From Octopus sinensis (taxonomy: Eukaryota): a stretch of 64,000 nt of DNA. This document shows, one piece after another, positions 39,326 through 52,494 of this stretch. The stretch spans positions 40,362,001 to 40,426,000 of the forward strand of contig NC_042998.1 in the NCBI RefSeq assembly GCF_006345805.1. The letters are read 5' to 3'. The notes beneath the pieces are model-generated. The model saw only the letters and a program-made list of their open reading frames with translations, was not told the DNA's origin and searched no databases. The position numbers were made by a program, and so were the translations under genes. Numbering within the stretch: position 1 is the first letter of the stretch; each line of letters begins with the position of its first letter.

Positions 39326-39770
39326 ATGGATATTCATACTAAAAGGCATGTCTTTTATAGCCATGCCCCACCTCACATACACATAATCTATTCTCTCTCA
39401 AAACTGCAATGAAGTGTTTCTTTATCAATGAAGGACAACTTAGAACCACAAGAATACACAATACTAAAGGCACACAGTCAATGGCACACACCGTTAAACA
39501 AGGACATCAAATGTATACATCCCACCTTCAGCTGCCTAACAATTATCATTATGGTTTCAACACCCGGGCAGTACCATTCAATCCAGTGGTTTAACTGCAT
39601 TGAAAACATAAACATGGTATGGGAATTAATAGACAAGAAGCAAGAGCCAAACACAAGTGCATTATGTCCATTATATCTACCCCTGCTTAGTATTACAAAA
39701 CTCAAATACAACATCAAGTCTCAAACATAGATTATCACATACCTATAACCATGAAGTAGAGAAACCAAAA

Positions 39771-40180
39771 GGCGTAGGAGTGGCTGGGTGGTAAGTAGCT
39801 TGCTTATGAACCACATAGTTTCAGGTTCAGTCCCACTGCGTGGCACCTTGGGCAAGTGTCTTCTACTATAGCCTTGGACCAACCAAAACCTTGTGAGAGG
39901 ATTTGGTAGACAGAAACTGTAAGAAGCTCATTGTATATATGTATATATATGTATGTGTGTGTATATGTTTGTGTGTCTGTGTTTGTCCCCCACAACATCG
40001 CTTGACAACTGATGCTGGTGTGTTTACGCCCCCGTAACTTAGCGGTCCAGCAAAAGAGACCGATAGAATAAGTACTAAGCTTACAAAGAATAAGTCCTGG
40101 GGTTGATTTGCTCGACCAAAGGCGGTGCTCCAGCATGGCCACAGTCAAATGACTGAAATAAAAGAGAGAAAGTAAAAGAG
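39771..40180 (+). mobile_element. Full-length family A tRNA-derived SINE
   Basis: A-box TGGCTGGGTGG, B-box GGTTCAGTCCC, internal (TA/TG)n, 3' CCAGCATGGCCACAGTCAAATGACTGAAA-(AAAAGAG)n. Confidence 0.9.
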
Positions 40181-40943
40181 ACAATATCATCCTAGAACTA
40201 GAAGCCATAAAACATTAAAATGAACTGGAGAACTAAACATATTGAACAGAAGTTAATGGGCATAGTTGAAAATACGTTGCAAATAAATAAAATGGAAAAT
40301 GATATTAACCTAAGGAATAATCAATCTAGAGCTATAAGCGTATGAATTAACTAAAACACATAAACCAATACACATTGCTAGCAACAACCAATAAAACTTA
40401 ACATGAAAACATCATTAAAATGAAGCAAACGTAAACTAACAGAATAACATACCATTTTAACCATCAGGTTTCAGTCATCTTAAAATGAGTCAACTTGGGA
40501 ATAAACCAATGCATATCAATATCTATTAAATATAAACCTCAATTACAGAAATTGCATTTAAACCAATATTTTCACCTAAAAACACATAAATAATATAGAT
40601 GTTGCTGCTGAAATACATAAGAGGCATAATTAGGTATTATTTGCAACTTGCAAATATACAAATAACATTTAGAAGCATCAGACTAGATACTCTCTGTAAT
40701 CAATTACATAGGATTCATTTTGCATAAAAAATAAACCTAGTATAGTCATGTTTAAAATAATATCACCAGAAATATGAGAAGTTCAGAGTTGCAACAGAAG
40801 GAGTCGTCAGCATCAGCTTTATCACAAGTAGGATGTTCTGTTGATTGAAGCAACTGGAACGTTTATTATCATAACTGACAGAGAACCATGTAAGCCACGT
40901 TTTGAAACATGAAACTCATTACAATATATTTCAACAATGAGGA

Positions 40944-41810
40944 AATTTTATTCATCAAAGTAAGTACCATTACAATCAACACATTTTTATCAATGAGTTA
41001 CAAGTTTGTTTATTCCGGTAACATAAAAATCTGGAGTTCCGGAGCTGATGAAATCTTTGAATGCACTTTCAGCATTGGTCTGATTTTTTAGCTCCTTCTC
41101 TTGCAGGAAACCATCAAGGTGCTTGAAAAAGTGGTGGTCGGTAGGAGAAAGCTCTGGGGAATAAGCTGGGTAAGGAAGAACTTTGTAGCCAAGTTCCCTC
41201 AACTTCTGGAGCGTCGTTAGTGAAACGTGTGGTCAAGCATTGTCATGGAGAATGATTAGCCCTCTTCTGTTGACCAGTCTGGGATGGAGGAGTAGCAGTT
41301 TTTCGTTCATTTTGGCAATTTCATGGCAATATGTTTCTGCAGTAATGGTTTTTCTTGGTTTTAAGAAGTTACAGTGGATGAGTCCAGCAGTACACCACCA
41401 TAGCTTTTTTCTTGAAGAGCTTGGGTTTAGGGAAGATTTTCTGTGCTTCATTTTGGCCCAACCACTGCAAAGAACGTTTTTATTATTGTACAGAATCCAA
41501 TTTTCATCACAAGTTACAACATGGTCCAGAAATAGATCGGTCTAGTTACAAAGAAGAAGCGAAGATCAAATTTCATATCTGCACATTTTCTGATTTTCAT
41601 TCAAATCATGTGGTACCCATTTGTCGAGCTTTTTTAGATTTTCTGAGCACATGCAAATGGTTGCAGGCATTTTTCTGGCTAACTTGAAGTTCTTTTTCCA
41701 GTTCTCGAGTGGTTTTACATGGATCTTTCTCAATGATGGTCTTTAATTGGCTGTCATCGATGACAGATGGGTATCCACTACACTCATGATCTTCAAGGCT
41801 CAGGTTTCCA
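40944..41810 (-). mobile_element. 5'-truncated mariner remnant, cecropia/Hsmar1-like
   Basis: KWVPHDL, VTCDENW, WWCTAGLIHCNFLKPRKTITAETYCHEIAKMNEKL...LVNRRGLIILHDNA and LGYKVLPYPAYSPELSPTDHHFFKHL...TGINKLV closely parallel Hsmar1/SETMAR transposase motifs. Confidence 0.9.
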
Positions 41811-41852
41811 TATTTTGGATATATATATATATATATATATATATATCTTTAT

Positions 41853-42333
41853 AAGAAAATCTCTATTAGAAATGAAAGAGTATTTATACTGAGAAGTAAA
41901 GTTTACTGCCACCTAAACATGGGTGTTCTATGAGAACATGATATTGCTATTTTAACCCCTGGAGGATGCCTCCTCTTGCTGGTTATTCAGTGTGCTTCAC
42001 ACTCGATACATATTGCAAGCAGGGAGAGAACTCCCTACTCTCCTAACTTGGAGACCACCATATCATGTGATTTTGATCTTATTTGATCATCCTCAGTGAG
42101 GGATACTCATCTGCTAGGCATAGTGGTAGTTTAACCCAGCTTGCAATATACAAAAAAAAAACAAAAAACTAGATGATTGTTAAGAAAATCTCTAATACAG
42201 ATGAAAGCAGTATTTATACTGAGAAGTAATGTTTATAACTACCTAAATGTGGGTGTTTTATAAGAACAGACAATACTGTTATTTTAACACCAGGAGGACG
42301 CCTCCTCCAGTTGGTTATTCAGCGTGCTTCACA
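41853..42333. repeat. Diverged ~150-bp direct duplication, period about 329 bp
   Basis: AAGAAAATCTCT...GTATTTATACTGAGAAGTAA...GGTTATTCAG.GTGCTTCACA at 41853-42001 and 42182-42333. Confidence 0.8.
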
Positions 42334-43375
42334 ATGCAAAAAAGGGTAGTGTAAGATATGCTTTCAGAGAAACAAGGCTCCTTTTACAGACTCAACTATC
42401 AGCCCTTACAGTAATCACTTACAAGAAGTAATATAAAGTGTCCATGTAATTGAAAGTACAGAAAATCCAAATGACAAATTATACTGTGAAGAGTATATGA
42501 AGCATAAGGAGATGTGAGAGGTGAATACAGATTTATTAAACCATGTGTCTTCTATAGGGTTTTGGCTGTTTTGCAACCTTCTTCATGTAGTATTAATTTC
42601 AGCATGCAAGAACTTATATATACATATTTGCAATAATGTGTAAGTTCAGCATTATACAATACAATTAATACAAATAAAGAAAGCTAGTTCATCTGATCAC
42701 CAGAACATATGCCTTCTCACCTTTCAAATTTTAAGTAATTATAATACAAATTTGGGTGGCATATATTTTACTATAAAAAAATCCAAAATTTTCAAAATGG
42801 AAAATAAAGTATTTAATTCACTTGCACATTTGGATGCACATGTGTGGATGCATATACATGGATGTGTGAAAACCTGTATCTTCCTAAATGTCTGTTTTTT
42901 TCCCCCCATAAGTACACCAAACATGCATTCCACTATGTGTGTGTGTGTGTGTGTATGTGTGTGTGTTGAGTGTGTGTGTGTGTGAGTACATTTGTGTGCG
43001 TGCATATATGTGTGTGAATATCTACACATAGATACATATGTTTACAAATGCATATTTGCAATTTTATTTGGTCTGTTGATTGTATGTGTCAACAGCTTGA
43101 AAAGTAATAAAATGACTCGAGATTGTGTCAGCAATACAGATTGATGGTTATCATCTTGTCATTCACATGATACTGTTGAGTGTGCAAGATGACATGGACC
43201 ATTACAAACCACCCAACCTATAAGCATATGGAAGAACATATGCATGAGGATAATGGTGAGGACACACACACACACACACACACACATGAGCACATGCACA
43301 CACACATGTATATACATACATACATACATCCATATATACATATACATATACATATATAAATATATATATATATAT

Positions 43376-43426
<51 letters not shown>

Positions 43427-43466
43427 TACATATATATACATATATCTATTTATCTCTCTCTTTCAC

Positions 43467-43498
<32 letters not shown>

Positions 43499-43659
43499 TA
43501 AATATATTATATATATATGTGTGTATGTATATGTGTATATCTATCTATCTATTTATCTGTCTATCTGGTGCAGCCATCTGTTTCGCCAGTCTTCAGTCAA
43601 ATCATCCAATCCATGCTAGCATGGAAAGCAGATGTTAAATGATGATATATATATATATA

Positions 43660-44035
43660 TCACCTTGACTGACCAGTCCGTCGGACGTCCATTTGACACC
43701 GCTGGTCACAGCACACTGTCCACTCCTCTCTGGATCATGCCTTTCTCATCCATGTGATCCCAATCGTCCTCCTGAAATCATAGCTCTACCGTCGTGGAGG
43801 CCTTCTGGGTGGTCATTACTGCTTGCATGTGTACCACTCAACAACTGCGCTGGTCCACCGATTATCTGTGAGCTGGACGACGTGTCCAGCCCATTTAAAC
43901 TTGCTGCATGTATACTCTGAGACGACATCCCTCATGCCGGACTTCTTTCTGATGATCTCGCTACTGATGTGCTCTCTCAACGAGATACCAAACATTGACC
44001 TTTCCATGGTTCTTTTAGCCGTTACCAGTCTCTGC
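43660..44035 (-). mobile_element. RTE-clade LINE 3' fragment of a second lineage
   Basis: MERSMFGISLREHI...SKFKWAGHVVQLTDNRWTSAVVEWY followed by RRPPRRW-type sequence. Confidence 0.8.
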
Positions 44036-44078
44036 TCTTCTCTCTTTATATATATATATATATAAATATATATATAAG

Positions 44079-44121
<43 letters not shown>

Positions 44122-44546
44122 AATAAGTTCTGGGGCCCTTTTTTTTGACTAAAGGTGGTGCTCCAGCTTGGCTGCTGTCATATAACTGAAACAAATAAAA
44201 GAATATAATATTATATTATCTTCTAATACTATTACATAATATGATAAGTAATAAATACTAAATACAAATTACGTACAATTGTTTTGAATCTTACTGAATA
44301 ATAAAATTATATATCAACCACACACATAGATAAACACACACACACACACACCACACACACACATACATGCTATCATTATACACACACACACACACAGACC
44401 TGTGCACCTTCTCTTGCACTCTCCTGTCTTTGAAAGAATTTTTTCTTCACCCATTCCCTTCTGGTCATTGCAATATGTGACCGGGTGTATATTGTTGGCG
44501 ATTTTCTTTCTCCGTCTTCCCTTCCTTGGACCTTTCCTTTTACTAT

Positions 44547-44581
44547 GTTTCTGATGAAGAGCTCCATTTGAAACGTTAAAT
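44547..44581 (+). ncRNA. Degenerate minimal type I hammerhead ribozyme motif within a probable Penelope pLTR-like repeat (about 44395-44670)
   Basis: GTTT-CTGATGA-A-GAGC-TCC-ATTT-GAAACGTT-AAAT. The core is intact, helix I is GTTT/AAAT, and helix II has eroded (GAGC/ATTT). Confidence 0.6.
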
Positions 44582-44672
44582 CCTCCTTTCTTTCCTTTCT
44601 TGAGTGTCCAATAACACTATACTTGTTCCATGTCCTTGTGTTGTTGTGTTTTCTTTTTGTTCATGTTTGAAT

Positions 44673-44724
<52 letters not shown>

Positions 44725-44751
44725 GAAAAAAAACCCCTTTTATCAATTCAA

Positions 44752-44870
44752 AATGAACAATTAAATTACACCATCTAGAAAATTACATATAATAGAAATA
44801 TTAAAATAAAATAACAATAAAATGTCAATGACTAAGTAATTTTCTAGATGGTGTAATTTAATTCTTCATT
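44752..44870. repeat. 35-bp inverted repeat (1 mismatch, 28 bp perfect) with 49-nt spacer
   Basis: AATGAACAATTAAATTACACCATCTAGAAAATTAC (44752-44786) versus the reverse complement of 44836-44870. Confidence 0.9.
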
Positions 44871-44968
44871 ATATTATATTGTGTGAAATTTGATTTAGTA
44901 TTTCTAAATTGAATTTTTTCCTTGTTAGTTTTGGATTTTATTCCCTCAAATAATAATTAATAATATAT

Positions 44969-45225
44969 GCCAGCCTCGTCTGGCACCTGTGTCGGTGGCA
45001 CATAAAAAACACCATCCGAGCGTGGCCGTCTGCCAGCCTCGTCTGGCACCTGTGTCGGTGGCACATAAAATCACCCACTACACTCTCGGAGTGGTTGGCG
45101 TTAGGAAGGGCATCCAGCTGTAGAAACACTGCCAGATCTGACTGGCCTGGTGCAGCCTTCGGGCTTGCCAGACCCCAGTTGAACTGTCCAACCCATGCTA
45201 GCATGATGATGATGATGATGATGAT
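44969..45225 (+). mobile_element. Short RTE-type 3' tail with two near-identical 63-bp-period units
   Basis: GCCAGCCTCGTCTGGCACCTGTGTCGGTGGCACATAAAA starts at 44969 and 45032, followed by the GGAAGGGCATCCAGC domain and (GAT)n. Confidence 0.85.
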
Positions 45226-45226
45226 G

Positions 45227-45299
<73 letters not shown>

Positions 45300-45383
45300 T
45301 GGACTCATGAATTTGTCATGACATTACAATTCCATTATAATTCATGAGGGAAGAAGTAGTCAAATATTAATATATCTTAAGTA

Positions 45384-46665
45384 TTGGGTCATTTCATAAA
45401 TAATGTGGTTTTTTTCAATTGCATGAACTAAACGTCAGAGAGGGACAGGATAAACTACCTGCATCAACTTGCTATAAAATCAGGTAGTAATTTTAACTTG
45501 TATTTATTCTTAGTGCAAGTTTTGAAGAGTGATGTTCGATTTTAACAGTTCGATTTTTTTAAAAAGTTATAATGGAAGTGGCAAAGGAGCATATTCAGCA
45601 TATTTTACTTTATGAGTTCAATAAAGACAGCAACACAATGGAAAGTGAGAGGAGTATTAATGCAGTATATGAGGATTGGACAATAAGCATAAGCAAGTGT
45701 CAACAGTGGTTCCAGAAATTCTGAGCTGGAAACTACAGCTTAGAAGACAAGCCTCATCTTGGAAGATCTGCAGAGCTTGACAAAGACATCCTGCAAACCG
45801 TGATGGAACAAAATCTCATCGTAAATGTTGAGGAACTAGCAGACAAGCTTGGATTTGGTCATTCAACCATTCATCAACACCTGCATGCCATCAAAAAAGT
45901 CAGTAAATTGGGTCCATGGGTCCCTCACAAACTTTCTGAGTTTAATCACTTGCAGAAAGTGAATGTGTACTCTTCTTTGCTGCCACATCTCACGAATGAA
46001 CTTTTTTAGGACCGAATAGTGACTGGTGACAAGAAATGGGTTCCCTATAAAAATGTCAAGCACCAAAGACCGTAGGTAGAGAAAAGAGAAACACTGGCAT
46101 CCCAGGCTAAAGAAAGTCTTCACCCACATAAGATGTTGTTATCTGTTTGGTGAGATATGAAAGGTTTAGTCCACTTTGAACTTTTAAACCCAAACTAAAT
46201 GATAACAAAGGAGATCTACTGCAAGCAGCTTGAGCAGCTTAAGTCAGCACTAGAAGGAAAATGACCATCTTTGGTTTCAAGAGGAAAGATGTTCTTCTAT
46301 CAGGATAATGCTCAGCCACATACTGCAAGGATGGCATTCAAAAAGCTGAAGCAGTTTGAATGAGAAACGGTACTCCACCCACCACATTCACTGGACATTG
46401 CTTCATCTGATTATCATTTATTCCGCAGTGTTCAAAATCATTTGGACAGTAAAAATATGAATTCTGTAGATGAGGTCAGAACAGTACCGGAGGAGTATTT
46501 TTCGTCACAAGCAAGTGAATTTTGGAAGCAGGGCCTTGCAAGTCTACCAGAGAGATAGAAGACCATTGTAGAAAACGAAGGAGAGTATATTTTTGATTAA
46601 AAAAGAACTTAATTTTAAAAAATAAATGAAGTATAAAAAAAAACATTATTTATGGGATGACCCAA
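45384..46665 (+). mobile_element. Full-length mariner element, 1282 bp, with TIRs and TA target-site duplication
   Basis: TA|TTGGGTCATTTCATAAATAATG at the left end and CATTATTTATGGGATGACCCAA|TA at the right end, enclosing a transposase pseudogene. Confidence 0.93.
45572..46600 (+). pseudogene. Mariner D,D34D transposase pseudogene (343 codons, 8 in-frame stops, no frameshift)
   Basis: Single frame from MEVAKEHI to EGEYIFD* with WVPHKL, VTGDKKW, QDNAQPH and SLDIASSDYHLF; 34 residues separate the second and third Asp. Confidence 0.92.
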
Positions 46666-46844
46666 TATATGACTTTCAATATTGGTGTTAGATTGATTGA
46701 CAAGTGAACAAATTTAATGTGATGCATATTGGAATATAAAAAGCCATGTATATCTGCATATGTCAGTATGTTTATTAGTCACAAAAGAACTAAAATTACT
46801 GGTGGGAAATTATGTATTTGTCTCATACATATCTAATCAAGCAC

Positions 46845-47071
46845 TTAATCCTTTTACATTCAGATTACTCTGTCAAATGTAATGCTTCTTTATTCACATC
46901 GTTTTGAATTAATCGTGAATTATCTCATAGCTTTGAGATTTCAGTTATGGGATTGTTTTTACTGTGAATGACATTGTATTGTAGGTGTGAGAGGCTGGAT
47001 ATGGATAATATGAGTATAAAACAAGAAGAATATTTTGTTGGATATGACTGGTTTAAATGCTAAAGGGTTAA
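46845..47071. mobile_element. piggyBac-type MITE, second family
   Basis: TTAA-TCCTTTTACATTCAGA ... TTTAAATGCTAAAGGG-TTAA. Confidence 0.65.
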
Positions 47072-47089
47072 AGCATTAAACAGAAATAG

Positions 47090-47470
47090 CATAAGCTGCT
47101 GTGTTGTGGATATTCATTGATCTACTGGATCATGCTTTCTCTGCCTGCCTTCAACACAGTACAGATTCCTGGGGCTTTGCAGTTGTTGAGCTTCTTCAGG
47201 GTGGCACTGACTTCATCTCTCACTAGATTCAGTGCAGCAGCTGTAGGCTAGAAGAGGTCTTGTAGCAGGCTCTGCCTGCATCAGATGGCTGGACATGATT
47301 TAGGAAGTTCTCTAGAGGCTCAATGTCACATTGGAAGATGCAGAGGGTCTGGCATGGGACTGCCAGTGATGAAGAGCACTGGTGAACCTGGTTGGCTCTA
47401 TGTATGATGATGCCTCTGGGACTACTAACTTAGAATGACCCCAGCCCCATCAAGCAAGAGAACATGAAGC
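47090..47470 (-). mobile_element. Internal RTE LINE fragment (pre-RT region)
   Basis: Minus-strand LVRDEVSATLKKLNNCKAPG..LKAGRESM resembles the EV..AL..LKNGKAPG motif of RTE ORFs. Confidence 0.6.
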
Positions 47471-49009
47471 CAAGCCAGGCTATTGATTAAAGCAACATAT
47501 TTCAGTGAAAAATATCCTTTAATTATTTAATACTTATGCAGTAAAGAGATAGGTGAAATTTAAATTGCACTAAGTGAATCTGTTGATTCAATTAGAAATA
47601 ACTTTAAAGATACACTAGAATTGCATTTAAGAGTGAACTGCAATATGATGTATAGAAGATTTGGCTGTGGTGGAAAAGAATATTTGTAAATTTAAAGAAA
47701 TATTTGAAAAGAATGTTAATTAATGTCCAGTATTGAAAGCACATTGTTTAATGGTTACCTACAATTCCATATCAAACAGAACAGTGATATTTGTTCTTGA
47801 CATTCTTTATTTTCAGGTAAAGTCAGATTAAGTAGGCTTGTGATTAAAATTATTTCACCTGTGACCATTCTCTCATTTTGCACATCTAGGACAGGAATGG
47901 GTAACCCTTTTCAAGAAGCAGGTTACATGAAATATGACTCAGTAACAGGTGGCTAACATGACTAAAATACTTCCAGGTAATTTTTTGTTAGACTTGCCAT
48001 TCAGAAAGTCCTGCAGGTTGCAACTTGCTCATCACTAATCTAGGACTTCATCGCTCAATGATTGGATTTGATTTGAATGAATTTAGTTGCTATCTTTTAC
48101 AGGACTAATGACCATGTAGAGGATCATTTGTTGGCATGTATTGACATTTTTGATATTAACTGTAGAAAGAAGGCATCAAGCTGGCAGAATTGTTAGCATG
48201 CTGGACAAAATGCATAGCAGCATTTTATCCATCCTTACACTCTGTGTTCAAATTCCACTGAGGTTACTTTATCTTCCATCTCTTTCAAGGTTGATAAAGC
48301 AAGTACCATTGTAGCACTAGAGTCGATGTAATTGACTTACCACACTACTTCAAATTGCTGGCCCTGAGCCAAAATTTGAAATCGATATTAACGGCAGGAA
48401 GTTATTTCAAAGCAAAGTTAGATGGGCTATTGTTTCTTGGAACTCTAAGACAGCTACGAAATGTTAATAGCTTTGAAATCTCACTTTCTCATATGAACTC
48501 CATTACTTCAATAATTATGAATTTGTTTAAAACTAGGAATGAATAAAATAAATCAATGCAACCTGTTTCCTCTTAAGTGTGGATTGTCTGCAGTGGAAAG
48601 TATTGATGTAAAGCTTAGCCCATAAGAAAACACATTTCATATAATTGAATCAAGAGTATTCAAATTAAAAGTGAGTTCATCTAATAAAATGTTAGAAGTT
48701 GAATAGTCAGACTATGGGTGTTGAGTAGTTATGTTGGATTCAAGCATGCTGAATGTTTTTTTTTTTCAGGTAATGGATGATGAGTGACTGAGTGAGTGAT
48801 TGACAGCTGGCTGTTTATCTTCTGGTCATTGGTAATTGGTATCTTAACTGATAAACTAGTTGATAGGTTGAATGTTGAATCTGAGAAAAATAATAATGAT
48901 TTGTGTTGGCAGCAATTTGTCTGTGGGAGAATGAAGATTAAATGCTAAAAACCTTCACTCTTGACAGAAATGAAATTTATTGAATTGTTATGTTTTTCTT
49001 TATTTTACT

Positions 49010-49925
49010 ATTTGGTGGATTGGAATTTGCCTTCTTGCTCTGTATGATGCATGTGTGTGAACTTCCATGTTACACAGCAGTGAAACATGGGTCATGACTG
49101 CTGAGGACATGCAAAGACTTGAAAGAAATGAAGCTAGTATGATCCGCTGCTTGTGTAATGTCAGTGTGCATACACGACAGAGTGTAAGCACCCTGATAGA
49201 AAAGTTGGGCATGAGAAGCATGATATGTGGTGGGCAAGAGAGACGACTGCACTGGTATGGTCATGTGCTACATATGAATGAAGACAGCTGTGTGAGAAAG
49301 TGCCACTCCCTAACTGCGGAAGGAACCTGTGGAAGAGGTAAACTCAGGAAGACATGGGATGAGGTGGTGAAGCATGACCTTCGAATATTGGGCTTCACAG
49401 AGGCAATGACAGGAGACTGAAACATCTGGAGATATGCTGTGACTGAGAAGACCCAGAAACTAAAGTGAGATCACAGCCATGCATGTCTGGCCCAGTACCC
49501 CTGACACATCAGGCAATATGGTATGCTTGAGAAGACCTGTTGAGTCAAGTAAAGCCAATATCATAGCTGTGGCCAGTGCCCCCTGACTGGCTCCCATGCC
49601 GGTGGGATGTAAAATGCACCATCCAAACATGGCCAGTGCCAGTATCCTCTGACTGGCTCCCGTGCCAGTGGCATGTAAAAAGCACCACCCGAATGTGAGC
49701 GATGCCAGACCTGCCTGAGATGCTCCTGTACTGGTGGCACATAAAAAACACCCACTACACTCTCAGAGTGGTTGGCGTTAGGAAGGGCATCCAGCTGTGG
49801 AAACATTGCCAGATCAGATTGGAACCTAGTGCAGCTGCTGGCTTTCAAGACTTCAGTCAAATGGTACAACACATGTCAACATGGAAAACGGACGTTAAAC
49901 AATGATGATGATGATGATGATGATG
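49010..49925 (+). mobile_element. RTE LINE 3' fragment with tandem units and (GAT)n tail
   Basis: ORF 49067-49420: MLHSSETWVMTAEDMQRLERNEASM...QERRLHWYGHV...RKTWDEVVKHDL. Confidence 0.9.
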
Positions 49926-50706
49926 CAAGCATTTCAGAGGAGTTTATGGTAGTTATATTTACAGCCTTCTTGTGCTTTTGGTTTTAAAACTCAAATAAAA
50001 GAAATGAATGATGACTTTGCTAGAGGGAATTTACATGTAATTATTATAACAGGTTGATTAATAACAGTGTTAGAAAAATAGCAGTATATATTGAAAATCA
50101 AAAACGTCCTTCATACCATCTTTGATGGATGAAGTGCTTATCATTTCATACTCTTGCAAATAAAAGCCCTCTGGTTCAGATTCATAGAGGGAATGAGTAA
50201 AGTATTTGACAAAATCATGTAAAGCAGTTGCATATAGTATTTAAAAAAGATGATTAAACTCTTGGAGGTCTCCTCTTAGTTTTGTTAAAATACATCCAAG
50301 TTAAATACCAAAGGAGGCTGACATGTAAACATTTCTTTGATCATGTTAATTAACCAAGAAAAGTTAGCAGAGATTATGATTAACAATTTTTCTTGTTAGC
50401 CTAAAAAGCTGGCAGAGAAGTTTGTAAACACTTTTCAAGAAGATCAGATATTTTGAAAAAAAAAATCTAAAAAATTATTGAATGTCTCTAATGAGACTTT
50501 TTGTTCCAGTTTGCTGTACCTCATAAGGCAGAGGAGGATTTCATTTCCACTTCTAAGGCTAAGATAAAGAGGAAATGACTTCTCTAGGCATTCTGGTGGT
50601 GTTGCAAAACTTCAGAGTTTGTAAAGGTTTCCATTACTTTATATAGAATGATTAATCACTGCTGAGAAAAATCTGATCTACAGGGAAATGTAAAAGGATC
50701 TATCAT

Positions 50707-50743
<37 letters not shown>

Positions 50744-52453
50744 ATTCCAGAAAACTTAGGAGATAAACCTCAGAAAATATTGTGACAATTATATTTCAAG
50801 CAGCATACTGATATTTAACCAAATTTATGATTAGATGCATGTAATGATTTTGTATGTATTCTTTAGATAAAGATTTATCAATGATCATAGAATATTCGGA
50901 AAATGTCTTCCTTCACCATTGATAAGACAATGCTTATAATATGAAACTTTTTCTATGTTACAATGAAAGCTACCTGACTGATTTCCTTTCAAAATTTCAA
51001 ATATTTCTCCAAAAAGAATAAAAGAAAAGCCAAATTGAATCCACTCATTGAATCAATCATTTTCCCTGTCGTAAATTATGTATTTAGAACATGCTGGTTT
51101 AGAAATCCATTTTAGCAACCTGAGGGTGATAAGTCAGCTCATAAAAAAGTAAAATTGTCCTACAGATAAATATAAATGAGCATATCACAGTTGGGGGGAA
51201 AAATTCCAGAAAAGTAATGAGGTAAATCTGAGGAAAAAATCTTTGTAATTATATTGTTAGTAACATAAAGATAATCACACACTGATTTACAGAGTAATGA
51301 TTTACACGTGACAGGTGCAGTAATGTATTTGCAAAAGCTATATAAATGATTAATGAGAACAGAGATAACAGGTATCATATGATTCAGTGAAGGAATTGAT
51401 AGTCTATTTGGAAGCGAAATACTATATTTATTGTGTTACACTGACAGATTTCTTTTTATTTATTAGATTATTGAAAATATTAGGGATGTCTTTTTTAGAT
51501 AAGTTTATCCTATTAGGAATAATTTTTGAAAGGGGATTTCAAATGTATTGAGTTTTGTGAACACGCAAGACACAGACAATTCATATGAAATCCAACAAAC
51601 CATGAAGAACTGCACAAAGCATAAAACAACACACTTCCTGTCCATAGACAACCTAATTAGGAAACAAAAATACTTGAAATGAAAGGCCACATAAATATAC
51701 AAGGAACACAATTTATTACTAATCAGGCTCCTACTACTAGATGCACAATCACTCCTGAACACCCAGGCACATCTGCAAAACCCAGAATACTACTTCATCA
51801 ACATGCTAAAAACATCAATTCTCTCATTCAGCACAGATAAAAAAAAGAAAAAAAAAACTAAAAAAAATGGCTATGTGGTTAAGAAGCTTGCTTTGCAACC
51901 ATAGTTTCAGGTTCAATCCTACTGTGTGGCATTTGGGGCAAGTATCTTCTACTGTAGCCCTGGGTTGATGAATGCCTTGTGAGTGAATTTGTTATATGGA
52001 AACTGCGTGGATTTTATGGTTATGTATGGTATTTGTTTTTAGTTGTATCATCATCATTCTTTAATATCCACTTTTCCATGCTTGCATAGGTTAGACAGAG
52101 TCTGTTGAGATTTTCTACAGCCAGATACCCTTCAGGTTGTCAATCCTCACCTGTTTCCAATTAAAGTAATATTCCTCATGAACAGAATGTTTTTCATGGA
52201 AGATTGGAAATGAGATACCACTTGCATGTTGGTGAATGTTGGTGACATTCTTTTACAACTATCACATGAAGTAAAGGCAACGAGACAGTAATATGCAACA
52301 CACACATTTTGACAAATTAAATTTAAATGTTGAAGTGAATCTAACGGTTTTGCGTGTTTCTTAAATGGCTTATAAACACCTTCCACGCTGCAATTGTTTT
52401 CGTTCCAGCACACGATCTCAGATCAAGTCACTCGTTATGCAAGTACATCTCCG

Positions 52454-52494
<41 letters not shown>

